Shown one piece after another: positions 12,901 through 26,123 of a DNA stretch of 64,000 nt (position 1 is its first letter; each line of letters begins with the position of its first letter). The notes under the pieces are model-generated. The model saw nothing but the letters and a program-made list of their open reading frames with translations, was not told where the DNA came from and did not search any database. This stretch comes from Trichosphaerium sp. ATCC 40318. Its lineage: Eukaryota > Protista > Tubulinea. The stretch lies in the NCBI GenBank assembly GCA_038496445.1, contig JALMLS010000064.1, forward strand, positions 1-64,000. Direction: 5' to 3'. Both the position numbers and the translations under genes were made by a program.

Positions 12901-15900
12901 TGCTATAACTAGTCTTGATGACTTCTGAAGTACATTCTTCTTTTTCTTTATTGTAGATGCTCTTGTCATTGTCTTTGTTATTCTGTTGTTAACGCGGCGT
13001 TCCATTGAAAGTCTATAGACCTCTCTTTGAGCCTTAAACACTGGTGAGAAGGAGAATTACTACAAACCAAATGCTTTGGCTTGTTTTCTACTAGTTGTTA
13101 CCTTTACTTCATCTACCTTGCTCTTCTTCTCTTCACCCTCAGGTCTAGGTACAGCTGCGCTTTCAAATCGTTTTCTTTCCTGTTCTTCTTGAGCCTGACG
13201 TGTTTGTTAAAAAAACAATCAAAATTTTTTAAACGAAAATGTTGTGCCTTGCGAGCTTGTTCTTTTTGTCTTTCTTGTTCTTCTCTTTCTTTTTGTTCTT
13301 GTTCTCTCCGCCGTCTCTCTTCTTCTACTCTCGCTTTTTCAGCTTCTGCCCGTTGTTTTTCTTTGGCTTTTCTTCGTTGACGCTCAGCTTCCTCTCTTCG
13401 TTGTTTCTCTTCTAGTTCTCGCTTTCTAAGAATATCTTGCCTTCGTTTTTCTTGCCTTTCCTGAAGATACATTAACGTCGGTTAAACTGTGGTTGAAATA
13501 GTACCTGAACTAGATATTCACATAACCTAACGGCAACGTATCTTCTACATAGACTCTGAAGATATACAGAAGCGTGGTGTCGAGCAACGGCCGATTTTAC
13601 TCTTTTTCTACATAGAAAACCTCTCACAACTTTTTGGATCTTGATGGCATATGGCTCCATGCACTCTGCACGAAGCTCTTCAAGTACTTCCAGCTGTTGA
13701 GTAAAAATTAGTACATAAAGAATATTTACTTAGAGTGTTGATAGTACCGCTTCATGGCGAAGAAAAGCCTTTGTTTTACCAATCTGACAATCCTTTTTTT
13801 TCAAACCAGCAGCTTTCATTATCTTTCTGCAAGTCCTCTTTATATCCCTAGATTTACGACTTGCAACAATACCAAACCTTTGGTAAAAGATTTAGTACGA
13901 AATACGAAAATTAGAATAATACCTGTGCGTGAAGACATCGAAATCCAAACGTATTGGATATCCTGATTGTCTTATTTTTATTGTTTCTAAAACACCAGAA
14001 CAACTTAGTTGCTCAAGCACTTGTCCACCATGAAAAACATTTGGTGCTCTGTAACGATTAGGTTTAATACACCTACGAGTATATTTAGATCACATTCTTT
14101 CACGTCAGCGAAAATTACCTGATCCAATGAGGATCTGTCTCATTAACAGTTTCCATCAAATCATCGAGTTGAAACTAGAAACATACATTAAACAAAGAAG
14201 ATATTGTCAAATATCTAAGTACCTTAAACTGTGTTCCTACTGTAATTGGTTTGCCACGTATGACTTCAGCGGTCTTTATAAGGTTTTTAATATAAGGATC
14301 AGTGCTATGTCTTGTCATGGTGACAATGTCTGGCTTTAAGGCGTCTTTGTTTTTATCCAAAAAGCCTTTTGCATTGTACATTACCTTAAAAGCCAGTTAA
14401 GATAACAGGTTTGCTGGGTTGAAGTCGGTTGAATTTGGTACATACACGTTCAGCATAGTGAGATATTCCAAAGTTACCATTAGATATCTTTGGAGAAAGG
14501 AAAGAGTCATGAGATTCATGTTGACCTTTAATCTTATTCAAAAAAGAAGTATCTGTTCCTTTTGGAAAAGTGCACTCCTCGTTAAGTAGTTCTAGTACAC
14601 TTGCATGCTAACGTGAACAGTAAGTAATTAAGACAGAAGAGGCTCTATTAGGATTTTCACAAACGTACACCATGAGCAATGAGATCAAGTGTTTTTTGGT
14701 TGTCATCAAAGGGAATTGCTTGAAAATTTATGCCTTCTTTTTGACATGCTTCAAGTTCCCATTTGAAGTTATGTCGATTGTAATGTTGCTGGAAGGTCTC
14801 ATTCGCGAAATTAATACAAAATTGCTCAAAACTGTTGGCCTAAAGAAGAAATCTTAGAGTCAGACATGGTCACGTCAACACAAAAAAAAAGTTGGTTGAT
14901 GCAACTTACCTTGAAATTCTCGAAACCAAAAATATCCAAGAGCCCAATAAATAACTGACTATTTGTATTATTTATAGTGTTATTAATCTTTACTACTATC
15001 CAGTCGAATAAATTACTGTACAAAGCTTTTGAAAGGACATCTCTGACATCAACAGCCTAAACAAGCTTAATTTTTAAATCAGATTTCTTCATACTTGTGA
15101 GGCCGAGTACGGCACTATATACACTTCTTTTGCGATAATATTACGTCTTGTGAGCAAAATAGATTGAAGCTCTGTTGGATCTACACACAGTAGCTTCGCA
15201 ACAATAAATACAATCTCAGGATTTTCTACTTGAGCCTAAACAAAGAACTTGTTAAGTGTTGTTTCCAACGCATTTTTTTTTCGTACTTCCTCCTTCTCTG
15301 AAGACCCGATATTTAGATTACCCAGATGAAGGATAGCGGATAATACCCTGAAAATAAAATCCCTCTCCTCTTTTCCAATATTAATACGAGCCATAGCAGA
15401 GATGACTTGCTTCAGTTCTTTCTATTCGAGAAAAAAAAAATGAGCAAAAAAAGTCACGTGATTTATGGACAAAGTACTTCTTCATTGCGTCCTTGAATCA
15501 TCACACATCCACTACCGTTAAGGTACCGATAGTCTCCGACTCTTTTAAGGTTATATCGCATCCTTTGCTGCACGTAAGACAAAAGAATAAAGAAAAAAAA
15601 GATCTACTCACTTAAATTCAGCATCAGTTGAAGCCAACATCATATAAAAAATATGATAATTACGCTCGCCATGACCTTGATTGATAACACGTGTCTAGAA
15701 GATATGGGTAAAAACAAAAAAAAACTCACAAAACAAAAAGAAAAAGTTTTTCAGCCAATCCTTCGTGTGACTGTCCCCTCCACGTGCCTACCTTTTCCAG
15801 CAAGTAATTATCAATCCTTGCACCTACCAAGCCGCCCTGTCTATCAAATTGTAGTCGTATAAACTTCCCCTACAATAAAAAAAATTGTCAACACTTTTTT

Positions 15901-16945
15901 TGGGTATTTAATCATTTTCACTCACAAAGCGACTGGAGTTATCGTTTTTAGCAGTCTTCGCATTACCTAAAATAGGGTTAATATATGTACATAAATATGG
16001 GCCTTACCAAACGCTTCGAGTATTGGGTTTGTGCCTTGGATTTGGGCGCATATTTTGTTTCCTTTTGAATCAGAACTGCCAACGAACGACAAGTACTTCA
16101 TAGCGATTTTTGCTGTTTCGGTCTACATTGAACAACTTAGAACCCATTACCGCGCTCTCTTTATAGTCTATCATTACCTTTCCCGCGCCAGACTCTCCAC
16201 TAATCAAAATAGCTTGCGACTTGGTATCTAAATAATCTTAGCAGTGACATTGTCGAAAACGGTGCGAACCTCTTAGTAAGTTAACGTAGCACCTATCCGC
16301 TAAAGCAAAAATGTGTGGCTTCTCTTCTCCATGTGACTTATTTCTATAACTACAAATACAAGTTAAAACGCATTAAAACTAACCTATAAGGCGGTATACG
16401 CACGTTTTCATTGTTTTGTCATCGTACAATGGTAATTGTTTAAAAGGATTAACAGCAATTACAATACGCCCTGTGTATGTCTACAAAACGACGCTTTGAA
16501 TAAGATTTTCACGTGATATGACGGTTCAGCGCACGTATATAATATCCTTTAAATATCTCTGTCTTATATTGTGTAATACAGTAGATGCATGAAGTTCTGA
16601 GAGGTACAGCATATCCTCTACGTCTCTAAGCACTGATTTGTCCAAAATTTTTCTAACATGAGCTTTTTGTACTTCTATTTTTTTCTATTCGTTTTAATCT
16701 CTTTGTTAGGGGTACACGTGATCAGTATAGTGGTATACTGCGTACTTACCTTGGTTCTCCAAGCTTGCACCTCAAATAGCTCAAAGGTGAGTAGATTTTC
16801 TACTCTACCCACCTCCCATCCTTCTTCCGCATGTCTAAAAAAAACAGGCGAGCCCTAAACCGGTTTTGGTTTTGCCGGGTTATTATGGTTTCTTTTGGGT
16901 ACGTACTGGCGTGAACTCCAGGGAAATAGATTCCCTATATGACAT
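9937..16945 (-). CDS. unconventional myosin: SH3-like N-terminus, motor, 2 IQ, ER/K single alpha-helix, ~8-9 MORN repeats, SAM domain, PARP-like ADP-ribosyltransferase domain, charged tail (a last exon may extend to ~9473)
   Basis: ATG at 16945. Motor motifs [47 protein letters not shown] and [15 protein letters not shown] YxGxWxxxKxHGxG. [41 protein letters not shown] / [14 protein letters not shown] / [17 protein letters not shown]. Tail junctions traced in phase; the one at ~13040-13090 is ambiguous. Confidence 0.85.
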
Positions 16946-17239
16946 GACCAGAATTCTGCCTAGTTTTGAACAACTGAACTTCGGTTAAGGCAATTAAATG
17001 CGATTTTGTGTTTCACGAAATTCTATTTTCAGGAGTCTTTCTATTCACACCAAAAGGTTTGAGAGGGTTTAAACGTGTTCAAAGTGATGTTCTGTAATCA
17101 CGTGATATTTTAATTATGGTATGAGCAAGCTAAGTAATCGAAGCATTTTTTTTTGGTGTCAACAAAAAGTCGTAATATTTGTGCACCACAAAAAGCATTT
17201 AATACTTTTCGACTTTTCTCACCATCTTTACACCGAATC

Positions 17240-17521
17240 ATGAAAGTCTTTGCTGTTTTCGCTCTATTGATAGCTATTGTGAGCTGTAGATCGCTTTTGT
17301 GCCCTGCAAACTCTTGCCCAACTCAAGATACATGCTGCCCACTCCCACAAGGTACAATACAACCCAACAGCGCTAGTTAATTAAATGTAGGCGGTTACGC
17401 ATGTTGTGGCTTTGCTCATGCAGTTTGTTGCTCTGATGGAACACACTGTTGCCCTGCAGGCTTCAGATGCGACCACGATTCTTGTGTAGCTCTTAAACCA
17501 GCTTTGTTATCTCAGAATTGA
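17240..17521 (+). CDS. GRN: secreted single-domain granulin
   Basis: Signal peptide, then [18 protein letters not shown]|[31 protein letters not shown], the 12-Cys granulin pattern with four CC pairs. One intron. Confidence 0.9.
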
Positions 17522-17920
17522 ATAAAACTGCAGCTAGCAGCCAAATCGTTTACCTCACTAATATCAGATGAAGAACTACAGTCCTTGGAAGAAGAAATAT
17601 AACAACTCATTTTTTGTGAGTATCGAAAAAGAATGTTGCTTTCAAATTAAGACAAACATGTTTTGGCTTAAAATGCTGACTGTAACTTTGATAAATGTAT
17701 TGCTTTTTTCGTCATTAAAACAAGTGACTGTCTCAAAAAACCTTCAAATTGTATGCGACTGGACCCATATTAGAGCTTGGTGAGTATGTATTCAACTGTC
17801 ATGACAATAGTATTATTTGCGTAGACTTCAGTGAATCTTACTGCCCTTGATGATGAACATATACCTCATCAAAGGCGTTTGTTCTTAAGGGAGCATACAA
17901 GATAGTGTTTAATAGTTTTT

Positions 17921-20181
17921 TCAATAACCACCTGAATCAGTAAAACAATTATGATGTTTTCTTGCCGGAAGTTTAAGGCCAATATTAGGTATTAACTCTT
18001 GTTCAACCAATTCTGGAATACTAGCAAATATTTTATGCTTGTCATCCTTAAATCTATCAAAAAACAGATGAGTACAATATGTTTGAATAAAAACAATAAT
18101 GAAGACAGATGTCTGTACCGTATGTAGTATCCTTTACCATACTGTCCCCAAATCCTATAATGATATATTCTGTCTTTTTCTTTCATAACAGACAAAATAA
18201 ATGGGCACCCGGGCCTTGGTGTGAGGTGAGTAAATAGCAACATGATATGAGAGAAAAAAAGAAAGAACAAAAGGTTACCTTGTTGTTGACAATCTAATAA
18301 GGAATGTACCAGGTTGTGTCCATTGCAGTCTGTACTGGGTAGTTTCTCTATCAATAAATCCATGAAAATACCTGTGGCATAACTGTCAAAACCCAGCAAT
18401 TTGATATTGATAATTTCACAATGAAGCAAAACTTACTCCTGTTGATGTAACTGTTGAATAGTTACGATAACATCTCTGCAGTATTTCTTTGACATAAAAG
18501 GTCCAAACCAATGCAAGGCAGCATTGAAGGTTTCCATTGTGACAAAAGGTGTTTTTTTACAAGTAATACGAACATGACGATTGCCTGAGTTAATGATAGA
18601 AGCAAGAGTTGGTACTTGTACTGTTAAACCTAATTCATGTTATTCCTCATAAAGAATAGATGGTCATACACATATAGTCTTCAAGACAATCAAATGATAA
18701 TCCATCTTCAACTTCAAACTCAGTGAGACCAAGCTCACGTGATAGCAAGTCAGCAAAATTGTGTTGAGAATGTGTTGTTGCTTGCCATTCCGTTTGGAAT
18801 AACACTGGATCCTCAACACCAAGTACTTCATTGTCAAGACAAAAGTATTTGCACCAGAAAGATCTCCCAGCTTCATCTTCAATAACACTTTCAACAATAG
18901 CATCACTCAGCTTTTCTACTACACAACTGAAGGAAGGTCGATATTTATGTTGGTGGTGCCAACATAATTGAATCAAGTCTTTCATCAAAGGTGATGTGTC
19001 ATCTGGTATGTCAGGCCTGTCCACATGGATGGATCTAGAACTGTGAGTAAGAAGGTTAACATTGACAAAAGATCGAGAGCTCAGTACTTTTTGTGGTGAT
19101 CCAAAAAGGATTGGGGAGGTGATTTGCCACTGATTAACTGCCAAAGTATAAAACCAAAGCTATAAACATCCCTCATTTCGTCCGTCTCTTTGGTTAGGAC
19201 AACCTCAGCTATCCAAGGCTTAATTTCTACTATACTGTTTGATGCTTACCTTCTTTTGCACTCTCATCGCCCCTAATCATTGTATTAAATGTCTCATGTC
19301 CATAGTTTGCTATTTTCACATTTCCGTCATTACCAACCTAGGCTGGTCCGTTAGATGAGCTTCACAGTTTGAGATAAAAAGGTTGTTTGATTTCACATAC
19401 AAGAATGTTTGAAATCTTTAGGTTCCTGTGTCCCATCTTATATCTATTATGAAGCCATTTCATACCAATGGCTGTATCTCTAGCTGTTTGTAATCGAAGC
19501 TTTAGAGGAATGCAATCAAACTTCTACCAATGATTCAGAAATGTGGGCATAAAAAAATGTGTAAAAAAATCTAAAAATACCTCATCAATTAATGTCTGAA
19601 CACTAGTGTAGCACAACTCGGAAATGATCTTTATTGTTCCATCATTGATGCTTGTACCAAATGTGTTGACGATATTTGGATGATTAATTTGCCTGCAATC
19701 AAGATGAGCACGTGAGATTCAAAAAAAAAATCGAAGTTTGAATAGTACGTAAGGAATGTCACTTTCTTGTGGAACGCTTCAACCCTGTTGTGATGTAGCT
19801 TTACGTTGTACTCTTTTACAGCCACTGGTGTGTTCTTAATCTTGCCTACAAAGATATAAGCCTCGAATATACTAATAAACGGCCAAATACCTTTGTACAC
19901 TTTCGCATGTGCGCCAGAACCTATTAATTCGGTCTTGTCATAGATTATGTCGTTATCTTGTATTTCTGTACGTTTATCTTCCTAAAACCCCTTCAGCGGC
20001 TCACCGTTGTAAGGGTAGGTCGTTTTCGCCTTTTAATTTGCATTTCCGTACATTTACACTCTCGGTTTTGCTTTCCGCCATAAATACACGCTGCTGACTT
20101 GTACTCGTTAAAAATGGAAAAACATTTAAGGCATGGTTTAGTAGCAATCGAACTTTTATTGTAAATCACGTGCGCAACCAT
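17921..20181 (-). CDS. SHK-type TKL (pseudo)kinase with C-terminal SH2 domain and N-terminal Cys cluster
   Basis: IGSGAHAKVYKG..VAVK, HPNIV, GHRNLKISNIL, KIANYG, DVYSFG, RPDIP..LIQLCW..RPSF. SH2 YFHGFIDRE..GTFLIRLS..CPFILS..HYRI. Ends DSGGY-stop. Confidence 0.85.
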
Positions 20182-20639
20182 GGAAGCTTCATTTTTATAC
20201 TTTGTTGATAGTGTATTGTGTAAGCGTCAGCAATGAGGACTGATAGCTAAAAGAAAAGTTTAAAATTATGAGATTTAGTCGCCAAAGTCCTACAAAACAG
20301 CCAATTACGTACCATTTCTTAGTACAACAAAAGGGTTTTAAGTGATCGTAGGACCTAGAAAACTCAAAATTTTATGCTCTTATCCAAAAAATGTGACCTA
20401 TTTTAAATGAAACCCGACATTTCTCAGCCTATCCTATGCAATTGAGTTAAATACCTAGCCGTAAAAGTAAATTTCTTAGTAGACAAATAGTTCTACTGAT
20501 TGTCTTGTCCTATAAAAATACTCTAAAATACATCTTGAGTATAAAATCACCTATACTTTTGAATACTGGCACTTTAATTGTCATGAGTTCTCGCCTTATC
20601 CTTTTTGCTTAATTGAGAACTAATGTTGTTTTACGTATT

Positions 20640-21480
20640 TAAAACGTCCGCCGACAAAGCTGTCAACAAATGTCTGAAAAAAAGAATTTTGAATAATTCT
20701 CTCCTTGTCTTACTTCTTACGCAACTTGCTCATTTTTTGTTGTTCCGGTAAAAAACGTCTGTACAGTTCAACAACAATTGAAAAAGAGTTTGAATATTCT
20801 CTCAAGGTCACAGGTACTACTCTTTTGTCTTCAAGGTCACACTTACTTGCAACCTAAAAAAAACAATGTGAAATATTGCTTGTTATGACTGCTGGATTTA
20901 CCAGTATCATTGGCGCCCAATAACTTCTCTTATTGCGTAAAACCCTATTTCTTATGTGATCCAACCATTCTAAGCTTTGGTAGCTTTGTATAGAGTAAAC
21001 GAGAACAAATATTTCACTACAGTGGTCAAGAACAACATTTACAGGTTGAAGTCTAAAAATGGAAATGAGAATTGTACAAGACTTTTTTGTGTACGGCCAT
21101 CCATAACTAGACGACTCATATATGTCCAAACAAGCATAAAAATCTCTCTTTTTTTTTGACTTGAACATTCATTGCATATATTTCTGACAGTGTTAGAGTA
21201 CAATACAAAAACTGCAAAAGCACAAAAAAAAAAAAGCGAAAAGAAAACGTGATCGTACCATTAGCAGGAACCAATCTGTTACATACCTTGCGATTATAGA
21301 ACTCTATTATACCCAAGTGTTTAAGTACAGTAGACCAGATATGAACTATAAAACAAAAGCAAAAAAAAGTTCTTCCCGCCTTTGCTCGAAAGCGAATGTC
21401 ATGTTTCTTTGGACTAACTTTGGTTTGCAACAGTCTCAAAGCGCCAATATACCAGTTTTGGATTATTGCTTTGCAAGAAC
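20640..21480 (-). CDS. divergent Ras/Rap-like G-domain (probable pseudo-GTPase or relic); boundaries uncertain
   Basis: Segments ACLDIYES, EIFVLVYSIQSYQSLEWLDHIRNRVLRNK...APMIL|VASKCDLEDKRVV resemble Ras beta3 to G4. G1 and G3 are not recognisable and the 5' end is unresolved. Confidence 0.5.
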
Positions 21481-22069
21481 ATGAAATTGCAACTTTAGTG
21501 TACGGTAATTCGCCTTGGGCTCAAAGTGACTTTATTGAAAAGGAAGGCAACACCTACATGGTGCAAACTGAACAAGGTAAAAAGGTGCAAGTTTTCAGTC
21601 ATTGCATCCATGTGTGTAGCAAAAGAAAAGTTGTTTAGGTAATTTCTACATTACAATTAGTTGACATTACGTAAGTTACAAAACGACGCAACTTATCCAA
21701 TAAAGAAGACCTATTAGGACTGGTTCTTTTCCACTACTATCGCTAAATCCTAAGCTAGCGAGAGTTTCAAATACTCAATAACCACCAGATGATCAAAGCG
21801 AAACTTGTGCTGGTTCAGTGCACGTGGATGTCCCTAACAGTAACTATACTGTATCATGTTGTTGCTATAAAACACCATAACAAATGGTATCAGGTAATCA
21901 TAAATACACAAGAGGAGACAACGTACTAGCAGAAAAATTACATTCCAAACTAAACTGGCAAGAAAAGTTTCCGTTTTTACACTTTTTGACTTGCTGTACA
22001 ACCCGCATTCAGAATTCCCGATAACCACTTAAACAACCGTTCGTATAATCCAAAAAAACAACATTTGTG

Positions 22070-23777
22070 ATGTTGGATAACGTTGCTGTATCCGTAGAAG
22101 TACGTTGTTGAATTCGTGAACAAAACAATACTAGTTATACGTGTCAGTACCCTTACACGCAGTTTAGACCTTTGGCATCGTATTTGCGATACTTTTTGCC
22201 GGGTTTTGTGCTTTCTTCATTTCTAAAAAGCCAAAGTCTTCAATATCGGTTTCATACGCTTCTACGCCTTTAAACAAATCGATTGTTGACGATTGCACCC
22301 TTTTAAGTGGAGTATACGAACCATGCCCTTGGATGATACACCCCGTTTTCCATAGTGCAGCAGGAGTAGTTATACGTTACCCACCACCACAATACGAAAC
22401 GTACGGGATCTGAACCGAAACCACAAGACATGAAGACCCGAAAACGATTTTCTGTCAAAAAAAACTAACAAGTTTCTTGCTTTAGATTCGTTGCTAGAGG
22501 TCCTACAGGGCAGACTTTCGGTTGTGACTATGTATCTGTGCAGAACAAACCTAAAGGCATTGTCGTTATACTCACGGGTGTCACTGGGCATAGGTATGCT
22601 TGTATTTTGCATTTACAATGATAAGGGATTGTGTTGATTGGTTGTAGTGGATGTGGTTACATTTCCCAAGTTGCTGCTGAAGTGGCAAAACATGACAAGA
22701 TACCTATTGTTGTAAACTACCCTGGTATGAAGCCTGATAGCACTGTAGAATCGGTAAGTGATGGTGTCAAGTATCGTTACTGTTTGTTTACAATAGTTTC
22801 TTTAGAAACCTTATTCTATGCGTCAGCATGACTTACCGCCAATCCTGGAGCAAGTTCAAAATAAGTTCGGACCAGATCTTGATATATTTTTACTTGGGTT
22901 CTCAATGGGTGGTAGTGTATGGATGTACGCGAAAAGCATGAATAGAAGATAACGTTAAAACCCTGTTTAGGCGATTCCTTCAATCTGAGAATGTTCCAAG
23001 TTATGTCAAAGGAGCTTTCATTGTATCTTGCCCATGGTACGTTTTTTTTAAAGCCAAGAAACGAAGACTTTAACACATTTTTAGGAACCTTAAAAAGACA
23101 TATGGATACCTCCTAGGGAGTGCTGCAAGGCGTTTTCTTATAGAAAAGCACTTTTTAGGTAGGTTTAAAGATTTTTATCAAAGGTACTAAGAAAAAAATA
23201 AGAAAGCAATCCCACCTTTTATTAACAACTTTCAGATTCAAAGATTTGTTCCATAACGAAACTGAGTTGGACCATGATGCTATTGTTAATGTACAAAAAT
23301 ACTCTTCTATAATGCACTAACACTTCTATTTAATAATAGGCCAAAACATGTGCTGAATTTCACGTGCACTGTACTGGACCTGTCAATAAGATTCGGATAA
23401 CAGAAACAGATCAAGATGAGTTTTTTAATATGTGGAGCAGTCATCAAGCTATACATAACGTTAAGATTCCTACATTAGTTTGTACAAGCGAAGATGACCC
23501 AATAGTACGGCGTTCTTTATTTTATATTGTTGTTAGTGGTCACTAAGTTGTTTTTGCAGGTACCTACTTTTTGTGTTCCTTTCGAAGAGTTGGAACAAAA
23601 CCCAAATATAATTTCAATTAAAACAAAACTTGGTGGCCACGCAGGTACTATTCTTGATAGGCGTTTTATGTTTCATTAATTCTTGGTTTAGCATGGTTAG
23701 AAGGTTGGATACCTTTTGGTGTATCTTGGGTAGATCGTGTTGCTGTACAGTACTTTAACACGCTTGCATCAAAGTAG
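22070..23777 (+). CDS. ABHD1/2/3 (YheT)-like alpha/beta hydrolase with N-terminal TM segment
   Basis: TFGIVFAILFAGFCAFF; VVILTGVTG.SGCGY; nucleophile LGFSMGG; IPTLVCTSEDDPIVP; TKLGGHAAWLEG; SWVDR. Confidence 0.88.
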
Positions 23778-24025
23778 TTGTAAGAGATTGTTGTAAATAC
23801 AGAAATCAAATGCACATGTGCGGCATGCCTTTCTAATAAAATAGTATCACAGTAAGAGGCAGCAATTGAATCTACTTAAACAGGGAACTGTCTATCGGCA
23901 ATTCATGACCGAACTTCTTCTAAAATTGAGCTCAATTTACCATTGTTGACTGATTTGACAAATAACGGAAAATGTAGTTGATATTTTAATCAACACGTGC
24001 ATCAACGCAAGCACTAGCAGTTATA

Positions 24026-25765
24026 ATGACTGAAGAAAAACCGAAAAAGCCAATGAAGCGATGGTTAGACCAGTTAACAGACCACATACTACACCTCGTT
24101 CAAATTGACGTTGACTTCGATCTAGTAAATATTTTTATGCCAACGAAAACAACTTATTTACGCATGTATCTACTAGGATATGACGTCTTTAGACTCTAGC
24201 CAGTGTTTTTTGCACACTTACAAAAAAACAGACTTATGGAGCTACCTCAAGAAGTTTGGCATCATAGAGACTCTAAAAAAGCAAGGTATAATCAAAAAAA
24301 CCATTTGTACAATTCTTAGCTTTCTTTCATTTTTAACCTCACGTGTTTTGCTAAAATTACTTTTTTAGGTTTCAAATCGTTGGAACTCAAAACAGATACT
24401 TCTGACCATTTTGTTCATCAGTTGATTATCACTGATAAGGTATGTTGAATGTCAGCGTCAATTGTTGTCGATGCAACTCTATGAGTGATTGTTATGTACT
24501 AACACAAGCACAGAACCTTGTTCCGAAGCCAAATTATCCGGCTCATAATTTTTTGATACAATGCTTTGCAAGAAGGTACACTCTTTACTCTTCGTAATGA
24601 CTGAAAGCATAAGAGTTTGAAAGCTCGGACATGCGCACTAACATTTACCCGTGTAATTTATTTTGTCCGGACGTGGGATGGTAAATTTCAAGTTCCCTTT
24701 TTTTTTTTGGTAGCCTTTTGTTTTGCAAAGTGTAGTTTATTTTACCTGTTTCTAATTCAAGAAAGGAGATTGTACAATGTTCGAGACTTCAAAGTAAGCT
24801 CATTTTAGTAATTATATGCCAATAATGTTTAATATAGGGCCAGGATAGTGTAGATAAAGACACTGCAACTGTTATATCTGAGGGGCTAAATTTTGACATG
24901 GAGTTGACTGTTGTACGCCAGTAGCATCTTCAATATTAATTACATTCAAACCAAATTGTGTTAATAAAACCCTACTAGATTGAGTGGCTTTGCATGCAAA
25001 ATCCTACAAAAGAGTTCACAAAGGAAAGGCCTAAATTGCCCGGACAAAATTATCCTGGATTAGGTAACTTGCTATACCAAAATCATGGCTCATTCTAACG
25101 TTGATGTAGGCGTAGGAAGGAAGGTCCATAACATGCAAGTATATCTTGCAACATTAAAGCGTACATATGGCTTGAATTTAATTGTCTGTAGTACTAACTA
25201 TTCAAACAGAACGTGATGGTTTATTAAATGTGCCAGAGCACTTTCACTTGGCACTTTTTTACTTCCACAAAGTACATCATAATTTCTCAAGACTACTATT
25301 ACCCTCATAATCTAAACTTTAGGGGTACAAATTCGTTAACCCTGAGTATCAAGGATTTTTCATGTCACTCCTGTGTACGATTTAAAGATTTTACACCCAC
25401 GAACTTTTTTTTTCCTAAGTTAAATTGTAGATGATTTAAAGGCTGATCTTCTTGAATATGGACTTGCAAGTACGCTCTTTTAATAATACCATGAACTGAA
25501 TTAATATCATGCCTAAGCTGTATCGTGGGCTATGAGATATTTGGCTGTAAAGGATGATAAAGGTGTTAAAGTGAAATGGCTTCCTCAAGAACAAATTCAC
25601 CCTATTAGTTCACGTACTAAAACATACTTTGAAAGCGATGCATACAAGAATTGTGTGAACAAACATATCCACAGAGGAGTGTATAAGATAGATTGGTCAG
25701 ACGCTGCCGATGCAAAGAAGTATAGTGTTCATGCACCTTCAAAAATGAAGCTTCTAATAAATTAA
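24026..25765 (+). CDS. conserved hypothetical protein resembling the domain found C-terminal to some bacterial HDAC-family deacetylases; possibly GNAT-like
   Basis: Spliced motifs IEWLCMQNP..FTKERPKLPGQNYPGLGVG, RDGLLNVPEHFHLALFY, GYKFVNPEYQGFF, VSWAM, KWLPQEQ..PIS..YFES..Y. Family assignment is from memory. Confidence 0.65.
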
Positions 25766-26123
25766 AAAATAAACACTTCTTTTCAACAAGTATGCGTTGT
25801 CATACTGTCCCCTGTTGAGACACCAGTGCACGTACATAAATCTATGATACATTAGTACTATACCTACGGTTGAGATCGAGATATTGTTTCTTTTCAGCTT
25901 GGTTTTAAGCTAAATCCGGATCCATTTATTTGGGATCGACAAAATGATGATATCTCATTCTCAAGTCCCTTAATTTAAACTTGGTGTTTACACAACGATT
26001 TATGTACCTTACTACATGACCTACAGTGACTATTAGGAGGTAGCTAATTATACAGCCAGATTTATTTATTTTTGTACGCTTACTCGCGTAGACTATCATT
26101 AGATATCGTGTACTAGTTCCAAA

